From: Euprymna scolopes
Taxonomy: Eukaryota
Assembly: GCA_053919585.1 (NCBI GenBank)
Contig: CM132808.1
DNA length: 64,000 bases
Reading direction: 5' to 3' (one strand)
In this document: positions 1-12,239 of the stretch, piece after piece
How the letters are laid out: each line of letters opens with the position of its first letter
How positions within the stretch are numbered: position 1 is the first letter of the stretch
The notes under the pieces: model-generated
Seen by the model: only the letters and a program-made list of their open reading frames with translations
Told to the model about the DNA's origin: nothing
Database searches by the model: none
Made by a program: the position numbers and the translations under genes

Positions 1-339
1 TATTTTTTTTAAGCAAAAAAAAAAATATATATTTAGGTTTGGCTATAAATTCCTAAACTCATTTCACCCTAAATAATTTAGGTGACTGAAATAGGAATCT
101 AATTGAATCTTTAATTTCCTGAATAGTATGCGAGAAATTCATTTTTCTTCGAGTTATATCTTAGAATTCATTAATACAGACTTAAGGGGATTTTTTCGTA
201 ATGTTCCTGTAAAAATTATTTTTTATTGTTACAAATTACGATGCTTTATTTATATAAAAAAAGCAAAAATAAATTCTTGGGTTTTTTATTTACTACTGAA
301 AACCATAACTTTAGTAAAGGTATTTTTTGTTTAAACAAA

Positions 340-700
340 TGAAGTTGAAGTCCAATCTAAACAAATTCAAAGTGCAAGGAACAGGAAAGCGGTTCGATCA
401 GTACACACACAGACACGGTGACACGCCACCAACACAAACCAGCGTACACAATTACCAACCGGCCGTTCTTTCCTCACTCCTTGCCTTCCAAAACGACCTG
501 AATTTATAGTTGTCGAAGACCAACTGATTTGCATATAAGAACGAGATTTTGTGAGAGTTTCCGAGATCATACCATTACAAAACGCCGTCGGCGCCATCTT
601 GGAATTCTTTTCCTATCCTAGCTTTGGAGCGATGACAAAGCACACACGCACACCTAGGTCGTTTGAACGGTAAGCCCTCATTTTCACAGCTTTCGCCACA
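340..700 (-). repeat. 3' LTR of element 340-4650
   Basis: Starts TGAAGTTGAAG and ends TTCGCCACA. About 15 substitutions plus (CA)n length changes versus the other LTR (counted by eye). Confidence 0.95.
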
Positions 701-710
701 CTCCCCCTCT
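701..710 (-). promoter_or_regulatory. Polypurine tract (plus-strand primer)
   Basis: ctccccctct on + reads AGAGGGGGAG on the element strand, immediately before the 3' LTR. Confidence 0.85.
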
Positions 711-890
711 GATATCATTATCACAGAGGGGGCAAGGAGGCGGCGACCTCCTTCTTCGGGTGCTTCTACGGAGGGGCAGATAGGGAGCCTCATCTTCAGT
801 TGAGCTCCCGTCTGCGGTCTGGGGATCAGTGAACCGGAGGCTGCCAATTTCAGTGCTGTCGTCGTCCGATGAAGCCGGCGTATACCAGAA

Positions 891-3530
891 TTATGGTTCA
901 CTGGTCGTGGAACTCGTTTCACTTTCGTCACCGAGCAGCGGCTGCGCCTGTGATGCCGCTCGCAGGTCCCTGACATCAATCCGCACGGCTTGAGGGCTGA
1001 TCACCTCTGTAACACGCCCGGTTCCATAGCGCGTGGTGCATCTGCCACGGAGGTTCTTAACCCAGACGACGTCTCCCACTTTGATACTTTCTCGTGTCGC
1101 CTCTGGCTCGGGTAAAGGGCTAGCCTCTAGTCCTTTCACCCTGACATAGTACCGGTGCAGCGCCTCAGCTGGCGTGGTAGAGGATGAGACATCGTCCTTA
1201 AGGGTGACGTTGTACTAGTATAGCGCTTCAGGCACTGTACACCCCTTCCTAGCTGCAATGGTCTTGATAGCTCGCTGGTTCTGTTTCACAATCCCGTTCC
1301 CGCTAGGCACATGGGCGCACCGAAATCGTAGTCGTACACCCTGGCCGTCTGTGAACTGCTTGAACTGCCCGCTAGCAAAAGCGGTGCCGTTGTTGGTCAG
1401 TATTTTGGAAGGAGGGCCACGCTCAAGGAAGACACTTTCCAGTTCCCGGACAACGGCGGCCGCGTCCTGTCGGCAAAGTGGCCGCCACAACACAAACCTA
1501 GACAGTCCACAGTCAATCATCGTCAAAAAATCCCCGCCGTTGTGTTAGGTCATGTCCACCGCGAGCCTGTCCCAATTGTTCTTTACGCTCAGTTTTCCCT
1601 TCTTCCACCGGGCAAGCACCGGATCGATCGACTTGCATGTTTCACAACCCCTCACCACTGATTCTACCTCCTTCCTTGACACATAGTGGTCGACCAGTTT
1701 AGCAAAGTAGAGAGTTCGGTTTACACCGGGGTGCGCACTCTGGCAATGGACGTCTGCAACATGGTCTGGTTTGAATCGACGCCCTACCGCGGCGCAGTTC
1801 ACAAGTGCCGGTTCTTCCATTTCTTTCGGCAGGTCCAGCCAACGGCGCGGTACTCTGGTCAGCCGATCAGCGCGATTCTGATAGGACTGTACTAGCATCA
1901 CATCCACAACCAGGTTGTATTCCTTGATGGTTTCGGTTAGGGTAGCAAGCCGCCTCCGTATGAGCATTTCGCCTGATGCCTTCGTCGCCAATCGTGCCTT
2001 TCCACTCAAGGCACATGTAGAGTCTGTAACGATGTGCAGGACTCTGGCCTGCCATTGTAGCACCAGGTTGACCCCCTTTACTGTGGCATTAAGTTCAGCC
2101 AGGTTGATGTGCCTGATATCATTTTCTGGCCGAAGACAGCAGGCATCTTCCACGATAGATCCGTTGACCGCCAGAGCAACACCGAGGGCGAGCGAGCTGG
2201 CGTCCACCCTAACCGTAAACTTGCTCCCGTCGATGCACCATTTCCCTCGCACCGGATCGTCCTCGGAGACTCTGGCCAAAGTCTCCTCTAGCATTTTCCG
2301 CAGGGCGGGGTCACGTAGCTCATCATCCCACCCGGTTGACATAGATGTCGCTCGTCGCTTTATGGCCACCACCGCCACCCGGAGCCACCCACACACGCGG
2401 AAGTGGCCCACCAGTTTCCCACAGATGGAGAAGATGCACCGACACGTGACACTAGTTGGGACTTCCAGGACGTCACCACTTCTTCCCCAGCGGAGTCCGT
2501 CTGCGCTGCTGCTCACGCGCAGGCCAAGCACCTTCGTCCCATCTCGCAGTCGCTCCGGCTCCTTGCACGTCAGCCCGAAGCTTTCGAAGTGTTCTTTAAC
2601 CTTTTGTGTAGGCATGAGGCTCTCGTTCACGTAGATGTCATCGATATATGACGATGTCGCTTGTTGCACGGCTTCGTCCTGACGGCGGATCGCCTGCATG
2701 ATTGCCGTCATGCTGTTTGGGGCCACGTTCAGGCCGAACCCTAGCCTCGTCAAGTAATAACGTGTCCCTTTAATCTTGACCGTCTGGTACGGCCACAGCG
2801 ATTTTTCGACGCGTATCTGCAAGTAAGCTCTTTGCAAATCCAATATTGCTGCGTCCGCCTCTTGTTGCCGCCACTCTCTTAGTTTGTGTGCACAGACGTC
2901 TGCACCCGCCGTGTGCGGGTCAACTTGCTCGTTGAGTTTCCGGTAGTCCATGACGGGTCGGACTTTTTGTTTGTTCTCCTGCCTGATAGCCATCAGGGGA
3001 ATCAACCTCTTTAGGGGCCCAAGTTCATCTTCCGAGTACGGGACCAGCCAGCCATTGTCCTTCCAAACCTGGAGATCTGCCTCGTACTGCCCCCTAGGAT
3101 GTGCGGGAGGAGGATACTCCGCCAGCCAATTCCGCAGGGACACTGGTGGCTGGTCACCCGACCACTTCCAGGACATGGTCCAGGCGTTCGTGCCCCTGTC
3201 GCATTTTGCGTCGAAGTCGGGTTCATCAAGAGTGATGGCTGTGCAGACCGGTGTCTCAAGTTGGGAGAACCTTACATCACCGGCGCCGTTTATGGTGATT
3301 CCGCCCAGCTGTGTAATGGAATCTATTCCAAGAAGAAGGTCGTACCCCAGTAGTTCCCCGTCGACCACCAATGCCTTCACAGCCACCGGGGGGCCACTGC
3401 CAATGCTTACGTAGATCTCGCTCACCCCACTACACATCAGCGAACCTCTGCCAACGGTTAGTACCGGGACCTTCCGCTCTTTCAATGCGTTTGCGCCCAT
3501 CAACATTCACGATTACTTCAGGGAGCGCCT
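891..3530 (-). pseudogene. pol: pol (protease remnant, reverse transcriptase, RNase H, integrase), disrupted
   Basis: ORF 1545-3506 has RT motifs VRPVMDYRKLN, LDLQRAYLQI, RLGFGL and SSYIDDIYV; RNase H motifs VDASSLALG, INLAELNA, IVTDS and NRADRLTR; and integrase HHCC (HCQSAHPG...CETC) plus RLAVDMT. The integrase core continues in 1215-1526 and the C-terminal VGDVVWVK segment in 891-1139, split by stops or frameshifts. Confidence 0.9.
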
Positions 3531-3533
3531 TGT

Positions 3534-4268
3534 TCACAGCCGCTTTGGGGAGGGTGTTGGCGCCGCGGCTTCCTCCCTCTGCTCGTTTCCCGGACACGCC
3601 CGAGCTAAATGGTCTGGTTTGCCGCAACAGTAACAACGCACCCACTTCCATGCTCCATAATCCGGGGCGCGCTTCGCATCTCTCCTACAATCCCTGGCGA
3701 AGTGGTTGGGGCTGCCACATTTATAGCATCGTCGGCCCTCTACAGGCGATTCCAATGCCTCAACTGCCGCCGAGACTGGCTCCTCGTCGTCATTCATGAT
3801 GTTTCGGGCTCTAGCCAATAGCTCCTTTAATCCCAGCTCATTGAGCCTCAATGACGCCCGCAGCAGTCAACTGGCGCTTTCCGGGAGCCCAGACAGGAAG
3901 GCGCACGCCAATATGCAGTCGCTTGCACCCCCGAAGGGGGCGGCAAGCTTCTTCAGGTCGGCCAGATAGACATCCACCATCTCCCCTGGCTCAAGCCGTC
4001 GTCCAGAAAATTGCCGCCAGGCAACAAAAGGGTTCGCTCCAAATGCTCCGTACAACGCCTCTTTAATTTGTTCCATAGTCGCGTCATCCCCGAGCTGCTG
4101 ATACACGGCATAGGCCCCCTTAGTGAGCCTAAGCGGGATGACTATAGCTGGGTCCTTTATCTTGCACAACCGGCAAACGCGTTCGGCTTTCTCTAGCCAT
4201 TCGACCACCGAAGGTCCGTTCGGGGAGCCGTCAAATTCTGGGATCAATTTCAGGTCGAACTTGTCCAT
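3534..4268 (-). pseudogene. gag: gag with two CCHC zinc knuckles, frameshifted near 3860
   Basis: ORF 3867-4268 (MDKFDLKLIPEFDGS...VVEWLEK) plus ORF 3534-3851 with CYKCGSPNHFARDC and CYCCGKPDHLARAC. Confidence 0.88.
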
Positions 4269-4281
4269 ATCGGAGATATCC

Positions 4282-4293
4282 GTCGAAATAGCT
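4282..4293 (-). promoter_or_regulatory. Putative non-canonical primer-binding site complementary to tRNA-Phe nt 1-12
   Basis: + strand GTCGAAATAGCT abuts the LTR and matches the conserved metazoan tRNA-Phe 5' end GCCGAAATAGCT at 11/12. No TGG-starting PBS is present. Confidence 0.5.
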
Positions 4294-4650
4294 TGAAGTT
4301 GAAGTCCAATCTAAACAAATTCAAAGTCCAAGGGACAGGAAAGCGGTTCGATCAGTACAGACACGGTGACACGCCACCAACACGAACCAGCGTACACAAT
4401 TACCAACCGGACGTTCTTTCCTCACTCCTTGCCTTCCAAAACGACCTGAATTTATAGTTATCGAAGACCAACTGATTTGCATATATGCACGAGATTTTGC
4501 GAGAGTTTCCGAGATCATACCATTACAAAACGCCGTCGGTGCCATCTTGGAATTTTTTTCCTATCCTAGCTTCGCAGCGATGACAAAGCACACACACACA
4601 CACCTAGGTCGTTTGAACGGTAAGCCTTCATTTTCACAACTTTCGCCACA
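4294..4650 (-). repeat. 5' LTR of element 340-4650
   Basis: Second copy of 340-700, followed on + by the TSD ACAAA. Confidence 0.95.
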
Positions 4651-5008
4651 ACAAAATAAAACATTTTCACTAAAAGTTAAGTAAAAATAATTAGTTCATT
4701 ATATTCTGTGATCATTATTTGATAAATACTGAAATTCTCATTAAAATTGGTTAATTTCCTGATTTTTGGTGATGTTTATACACTTTGAGCGCCAGCATTC
4801 ATTTTGTCTGTACCTACCAATTTTCGATGAATATTTGATAGGAAAGCGACCACATGTGGTTAATTTAAATTAAATTTCAATCACATGGTTACATTATCAA
4901 TAATCACGTGATTAAACCCATTGAAAATTTACCAATATTGTAAACACATTCTGTTTACATTAAGCCTGTAGTGGTGAGACCAAAATATCCTTTTAGTGAT
5001 ATCACATG

Positions 5009-5972
5009 CAGTGTTGGCAAGTGAGATTTAAAAAAAACCGCGAGATCAGGAGAAAAATCTCCAGAAAATCGCTAGATTTTTAACTTTTATCGTCTGAAAT
5101 TTTAAAAAAATCGCTAATTCACCCCCCCCCAAAAAAAACGCCATATTTTAACTGTCTACCATAAAAAAATTATAAATATAGTATATTCAATGTATAAAAT
5201 GTTCTGTGTTTTCTCACTATATGTTTCTGGAATTATATTGAAGCGGTTGGCTCCCCAGAAGGCTTACATATTTTATCAGCTAGTTTTACCTGTTTTTTCA
5301 GAGAGGGTATTTTTTTTATTTATTTATTTATTTATTTTTTTTTTTTTGCAAGAAACAAATCATAAACTCAAACTTTTTATAATAAAAGTTAAATTGAAAT
5401 ATACTGCAAATTAAACATCACAATAATGGTGCAACATATTTTGAAATTAGAAAAATAAAAAAACAAAAAAAAACTTTGTTTTAGCATGTTAAAAGTATTT
5501 AGGTTGGTAGATAATTAAATTCTACTGTATTGGTATAAGTTGTGTTTTTTTTTTTTTTTGCTGTTTCTTGCTTTTTACAATTTTCGACTAAATACTTCTA
5601 AATTAAGCGGGGTTGCTTAGATCGTATTATAAACTAAACTTCGGAGTTTGGAATGCCCCCCCCCCACCTAAAATTTTCTTGGAAAAATCGATTTTATAGC
5701 GAGATTTAAGAATGGTTAGCCGAAAAAAAGGTGAAAAACAAAACAAATAATCAATAAATAATTGTTACCAAAGGCAATAAATCTTACTTTTTTTACTTAC
5801 ATGAATGAGTTTATTTTATGTTTTAAAGTATTTTCAAGCGCTTTTCTTTATTTTTTAATCTAAAATTGCAGGTGTGTGGGTGCCAAATATCTCCAGATTT
5901 TCTAGAATTCCCCGCTAGATTGCAAACGAAATCTCCAGATCTAGCAGGAAAACCGCTGAATTGGAAACACTG
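5009..5972. mobile_element. Non-autonomous hAT-type DNA transposon (MITE-like)
   Basis: TIRs CAGTGTTGGCAA (5009) and TTGGAAACACTG (ends 5972). Degenerate 8-bp TSD ATCACATG/GTCACGTG. Subterminal repeats of AATCTCCAGA and CGCTAGAT at both ends. No ORF. Confidence 0.7.
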
Positions 5973-6229
5973 GTCACGTGACGGGAAGCGGTAATAAATA
6001 ATTGTCCCTAAATAAAAAAATGGCCTATCGGTACAAAGAAAACCACCTATTTATTATAGAAAAATTAAGTATAATGTTATAATTAAAAAGAAATATATAA
6101 AAACACACATGGGTATAGTAAACATATTATATTAAAACGTGGAAGCCATCCGTCCAGTGGTTCTTTAAACTATTAATTGCAAACGAACCAAGAGTTACAT
6201 TTTTATATATATAGATATATATATTAAAA

Positions 6230-7126
6230 GTTTGCATATGTGCCATAATGCCTTTCTATATATAGGCCTCCTTTACTACTATAAAGAAAAGTTGGTAGAG
6301 ACAGCAGAGGTAAAATTTAAAAAAAAATTCGACCCTAATTTTGACCCCTTAATATTTATTGTTTTGAGCTCAAATCAAATTAAAATGTTTGACCCATGTC
6401 CAAGTAACCTACATCTAAAATTTCAACTGTAGACCCAAAATTGGCAGAGGAATTTGGTAGAGCCTGCAAAGGTCAACTCTTTTAACTCTGACCTCTTTCC
6501 AGACAAATTTTCTCCCATAACTATTCAAAAAAGCTTGCTGCATGTCTGAATACCCTTTATATAAAATTTCAAATGTTTAGACTCAAAATTGGCTTAATAG
6601 TTTGCTAGAGATCGCAAAGGTCAAATCTTTTGAACTTTGAACCCTTTTGAAACCAACTTTTTGAACAAAAACCGATTAAAAAGCTTGTCTGAATACACTT
6701 TTTGTAAAATATCATGTTTAGACCAAAAAATTGGCTGAATAATTTTGTATAGACCACAGAGGTCAATTTTTTAAAACTTTGACCTCAATTATGACCCCTT
6801 AGCATTTATTGTTTTGGGCGTGAATCAAATTATAAAGTTAGATCCATGTCCAAGTAACCTATATCTAAAATTTCAAGTGTTTAGACCCAAAATTGTCGAA
6901 GGAGTTTGGTAGAGTTTTCAATGGTGAAATTGTTGAACTTTGACTCCTTAAAGCCAAATTTCTGGCCGAAAACCGATTAAAAAGATTTTCCCAAATCTCA
7001 ATACCCCGTATGTCAATTCTCGAGTCTGTAGACTAAAAATTGACAGAGTTATTTGGTAGGGAAATGTACGTACGCACACGCACACACACACACACACACA
7101 CATTTTCACTTTGATAGATATATAGA
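6230..7126 (-). mobile_element. Probable non-autonomous Helitron-like repeat with internal ~450-bp duplication
   Basis: Minus-strand start TCTATATATCTATCAAAGTG followed by (TG)n resembles the 5' ends of the units at 38980-40430. Segment 6290-6480 recurs at ~6740-6950. The 3' end is not resolved. Confidence 0.45.
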
Positions 7127-7729
7127 TTTAGTATGTTAATAAAAAAGTGTTAAGAAAGCAAAATAGATGCAGTTTTGTGTCATACTCAGGGCCATTTACT
7201 AATTTTGTTCCCAGTTGTTGTGAATTCAACTTATCTGGGCTTCTGAAAACAAAGCATTTTAACAAGTTTAGGAACAAAATGTTTTAGTTTGATTTTTGTT
7301 GCCGGTTTGTAAATATATTGTAAATATATTTTGCTCTGATTCTACACGTGGATTTTTTTTTTTACTTCAATTGTTATGAAATAATATTTAATATCTATAT
7401 GAGATATTTGGCAAATTACTGTTTTTTTTTTTTTTGTTTTTTTTTTTTTGCCAAGATTGTTTGCTTGTATATCACAATTAATTACTATAATGTCTTTAGT
7501 TAATTTTGGTTTTAAGTCTTTAGAATGGCTTTTAAAAATAGTGCTTTTGGAGCAGAAAAGAGTACCACAAATTCAGCTTCACAAGTAGGAAGTTTCACAT
7601 TCTACTGTTTCTTAGATTCCCATCAGATAATAGGCCCATCTTTTGATAGTCTCAAACATTATCCAGTTTACCTTTTTGATCTTCATTTCCCCAATCTGAA
7701 AACCCCTCGATTTTTAGAAAGATTGTTCC

Positions 7730-8990
7730 TTAACCCCTTTTAGATAACGAATGACTTGTTGACAATCCTTGTTGCTCTTGATAATTTTTGTGATGGTTTT
7801 GTTACTGTGTAACATATATTAGACTTTGTGGCCACCATTAAATGTATAAGACTCCCTATGATCTCTTGACGTAGTTTATTGTCAATTATTTCAGATCCTG
7901 GGGCTGTATTTTTATTGATATCATTTTCAACAGCTGTAGCGTGTTTCCTAGAATCTTGCATCCCAAACTTTAATAGGATTTTGTCAATGTATCTTCATTG
8001 ATTAATCTTAATAATTCCTTTTTCATAAGTAAATTGTATGCTCAGAAACGATGATATTTGATCAAGATCAACCATTTAAAATGTTTTATTTACTCCATTC
8101 TTAATTTGATGCAACTAAAAAGTCATAAATCCACAAGACTAAAATCAGTAATTGCTTAAATTTTTGATGTACAAACAGGGGTCCACTGGGCATTGCTTGA
8201 ATTGTTGTTCAATTAAATAATTATGAAATATTTGATTCATTTTTCTACTACTTTGCTTTAACTCATGCAGTAATTTATCAAGCTTCCACAACCAATACTT
8301 GGGAGAGGTATTATAAATTTCAGTCTATTGGGACATTTAAATAAGCATTTTTTTTACATCCACTGTGATGCGAGTTGCAATAAAATTCTGATTGTGATTA
8401 AGTTTGTTCTTGACAAAAAGATAAAAACATGTTCTATCCCATAAATTTGAGAAAATCCTTTGACAACAAATCTTGTTTTATATTGTTCAATGCCTGACGT
8501 CTTTTTTGTAACGGCTTCAAGTTGCCTAGAAATTCTTTCAGAACCATGGAAATCAATAGGCTATCAGTTCTTATTTCACCAGACACTTTTAATAAATTTG
8601 CCATTGTTTTGCCCCTTATAACATAGTCTCTAATCATCTTGGCCCTTATACATTTTAGAGACATCCGTACACAAAGATCAATTTGGGTTTTTCTTTTGAT
8701 TAATAATGTTCTCTTAATATGTTCAATGCTTTGCAACCATCATCCAAGATTCCTCGCATTATTAGAGATAGACTTCTGTCACCCAAGCACTGTATCAATT
8801 TCGCAAAAACAGTTGCATTCTTTTCAATAAATTCTGGGTTGTTTCGATATTCAGGTTGTCTGAATGATTGTAGTTTTTGAATTTGTAAATGACCTAAAAA
8901 TTTCACCTGCCACAATTCAAATTGCAATTCCGATCCATCAAAGTAAAATCATTTGTCTAGAGTTGTAAGGCATTTTAGTGTTGTTCCAAA
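7730..8990 (-). mobile_element. Degenerate, internally deleted Ty1/Copia remnant (gag and RT fragments)
   Basis: Gag-like FELWQVKFLGHL and KALNILREHY; RT-like LWKLDKLLHELKQS, DPCLY and IIGSLIHLMVATKSNICYTV. Many stops; no LTRs seen. Confidence 0.75.
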
Positions 8991-11239
8991 CAAGATGGCA
9001 GAATCAATCCAGAGAAGATTTGATTTTTAAAAGTTTGCAGATAAAAACAAAGAATAATTTCCAGTTAAGAGATTCTGTATATTTTATGGAATGATTCCGA
9101 TTTTTGATTGGTTGATAGTAGAGCATGGTTCCATCCGATTTATCAGTTCTTATCACCCATGTTTATAAATAAAACCCTCGAATTTTTTGTAATCATACTC
9201 TCATTATAGCAAAAATATTGCAACACAGTACATATACAAAAAATTAGAGTGGTGCTGGAAGAAAGAAAAACCCAAAAGGTGGAACTCTTGTTACGATTAC
9301 AATGAGCAAAGACAACTTTCAATCATGTTCTGACAATCTATGCAAGAAAATGGGGTGTAATTTACATAACATTGATGAGTGGCATAAGGAGTACTCCACA
9401 ATAAGGTGAAAATGTTCAACAAGCAGGAAAACAGGGAAATTCCTCATGTAAGAATTGAGTGTAAAAAGAGTTGATCTGGCAAGTATCTAGCAAAAGGTTG
9501 AGGTTAACTTTTGGATAAGGAGTTGGTGCTATACAATACTCAAATCTCATATCAAAAAAGTGTAGTTTCCGGCAGATGAGTAAAAATGTCAGTTACAAAT
9601 ATAGGCTTCTTCTGATCAGTTTTTTTTTTTTTTTTTTTTTTTTTTCACAGTTAAAATCCAATCATTCGCACTAGTGATAAGATATTCTCAAATAAAATTT
9701 TGTAAAATTGTATTTGGTGGTGTTTTTTTATTACAATGTTTAATTCTTGTCCAAATACTAGATGTAAAACTGATAAGAACATTTTTTTCTTTTCCTTTTC
9801 TTCACCTTCACCCCTTTTTTTTCATCAGCCACAACCAAGCGTCGATTGGGCAGATTCTGGAAAAATCTGTCTTTTCTATTGGAGTATTGTTGGCTGTTGG
9901 TCATATGGCCAATTGCATGAGTGGTTGATTTAGACGTTTTGGCGAGCAATCAAAATCATTACGATAGGTGACACGTACTTTTAACTAAAGTCACAACATA
10001 CATTGTCTCCGAGTTAAAATAATGTAAAGAAAAAGGGTTCATAAAAAGTGCTTTTTTTTTTTTTTTTTTTTTTAAGGAAGTCTTTCCTTTCTCTTTCCTC
10101 ACAGACTGGTCACAAAGGCAAACATGACCAAATGTTCAAAGAACAACTGATAAAAATATGATTTTGAAAATCTTGTCATATGTGAAACAAATCAAATAAA
10201 ACTTATGATTAAAATTTTTATTTTAAACAATTTATCGATCTCACAAAAGGCAAAAAAGTCCTTAAGATGATTTATGCAACAATTGGAAAGGACCAAGAGC
10301 AATCTTCATGATTCCTCTAAACATCTTTTCTCTTTTAATTGATTGATTTCAAAGAGAATCCAATCATTAAGATTTTTTTTTCCTTTCGAACTGGGTAGAT
10401 TTTCTGCTAGTTTCCAGGTACATCTTTCTCTGGCAATGTTTTGAAACCGATTGTTTTTAAGTTTGAAATCTGACTGAAAAACGGTCACGTAATAATCCCA
10501 TCCCATATCATTTCCAGACAAAAAAAAAAAAAAAAATTGAGAACTCTTCTGAACCCCGTGACCACTACTTTAGATTCAATTCAACAGGTACTAAAAGACT
10601 ACAAAACAAAATTGCTAACACCTTCATGCCAAATGTACGATTAAAACCTGATTCATTTCTGCCTCGAACTCCTCGCCCTGCTAAATACATTTATGATTAA
10701 AGATGACTTGATTATTTAACATAAAAAACAATTTTGACTGAATTGAAAGTGATTTTTTTTTAATAAAATAAAATTTGGTTTGTTTAAAGAATGTACTTCT
10801 AGTGTGTTTTCTTTTTCTTGTTCTACTCGTGCATTTCAGAACCATCAAGCCGGTGGAAAATTACTAGTGTTAAAATCCTTAATAATAGACAAGCAGTCGA
10901 TTAGAACTGTTCTCTTCTTGATCACTTAAGATTTTTTTTTTTAACTGCATGAATAATGAAACTTTAAAACGTTTTCCTTTTTACTATGAAACAATTGAGT
11001 TTTATTTATTTTTTTAAAGGATCTTTATTAGAATTGATATTTACTCTTTCACTTATCAGAATTTCTTAGAATCTTAGTGTTTATGTTTAAAATTATATAT
11101 GTATCTGTGTTTCAGAATAAAATTAATTCCCCGGACAGGAATTGATTGTACGCTTCCAATGATGGGGTACTGGGATGAGTGAATGTCAAGCAAACAGAAT
11201 AACGTCTTTTTTTTTTTTTTTTTTTAAAAGGTGAATGTG

Positions 11240-12080
11240 TGCAGGTGTGGTTGCCATCACTGGAAATGATGCATCTGTGTTGAAGGTACTGGTACTGAAT
11301 TGTTGTATAAGAGAGTAGTAATGTTCAATTGAGTTAATGTCTTTGTCCAACTCAAGAAGGCTGTTGAGGTCCAAGCGGTGTTTGTGGAAAATGTTAGCAG
11401 AGTCTCATGGTATGCCTGCTTGTTGAAGCAATGATACCCAACCAGGATCGGTGAGGTTCTCTTCTTTTCATAGTGACATCTACAAGCAGACTTAAGATAT
11501 ATCATCAAAGTCAGTTAACATCTGAAAAAGGAAACAAACACAAATACGTTCAAATGAATAACTCCACAGTTGCTACAGATCAAGCAAAACATTATCTGCA
11601 TACAAGAATTTCCGAGGCACGGATCCTTGGTGATGGTATCAATGATAAGAATGAAAAAGTAGCTGAGAGAGGGCTGAGCCTTGGTGTATTCCGATCATGA
11701 TGGTAAGGTCCTTAGACATACCAATGGCGGTTCACACCAGACCATTTGATGAGTCATGGAATAGTTTAACCCAGCTAACCAGTTCCTCGGAGAAATCATG
11801 GTGCTGCAGCACATACCAGATCATATGTGGCACTCGATCAATGGCTTTTCCAGGTTAAGGAAGGAAATATCCAGTAGTTTCGACCTCTTGACATGCTTTT
11901 CTGCCAAGAGTTGTGCAGCATGGATGCCATCTATAGTGCAGTACTTATTGAAACTGCACTGATTTTGCGTGTTCATTACGATCTACACTATTCTGCAGTT
12001 AACATTTTGTTTAAAAATGTTCATTGTGTGCGGTAGAAATTGGTTTGTAGTTGCGTTCAATAAAACTGCCTTTCCTCTTT
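11240..12080 (-). mobile_element. Degenerate RTE-like LINE fragment
   Basis: Minus strand reads TIDGIHAAQLLAEKHV, FLNLEK..DRVP, QGSALS and LYADN with frameshifts. Confidence 0.6.
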
Positions 12081-12239
12081 ACAATATTTTGTATTGTGTG
12101 TGTGTGTGTATGTGTGCATATATATATATAGTACAGATAAAACAATAGAATGGTTTATTTGAATGCTAGACTTGTATATTTATTTTTTTAATGGTCAATA
12201 ATAAATTAATGTTTGATGTTATTTATTTGTAATTTTATC

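Larger units (their letters stand above)
340..4650 (-). mobile_element. Compact Ty3/Gypsy-like LTR retrotransposon, full length but degenerate (gag-PR-RT-RH-INT)
   Basis: Direct repeats 340-700 and 4294-4650, each TG...CA. 5-bp TSD ACAAA at 335-339 and 4651-4655. Polypurine tract AGAGGGGGAG (minus) abuts the 3' LTR. Internal gag/pol motifs lie on the minus strand. Confidence 0.95.

Noticed and set aside
367-597. Duplicated small ORFs in LTRs (367-597/4321-4545; 52270-52552/57054-57335)
   Set aside because: Repeated only because the LTRs are duplicated; no coding evidence.
575-979. env-like extra ORF downstream of integrase in element 1
   Set aside because: Short, runs into the LTR, and has no signal peptide or transmembrane segment.
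1258-4196. Plus-strand ORFs of up to 239 aa overlapping element 1
   Set aside because: Antisense shadows of GC-rich gag/pol with no recognisable motifs.
4269-4650. Tf1-like self-priming for element 1
   Set aside because: I could not find a complement of the AGCTATTTCGAC site within the LTR by eye; an alignment should confirm this.
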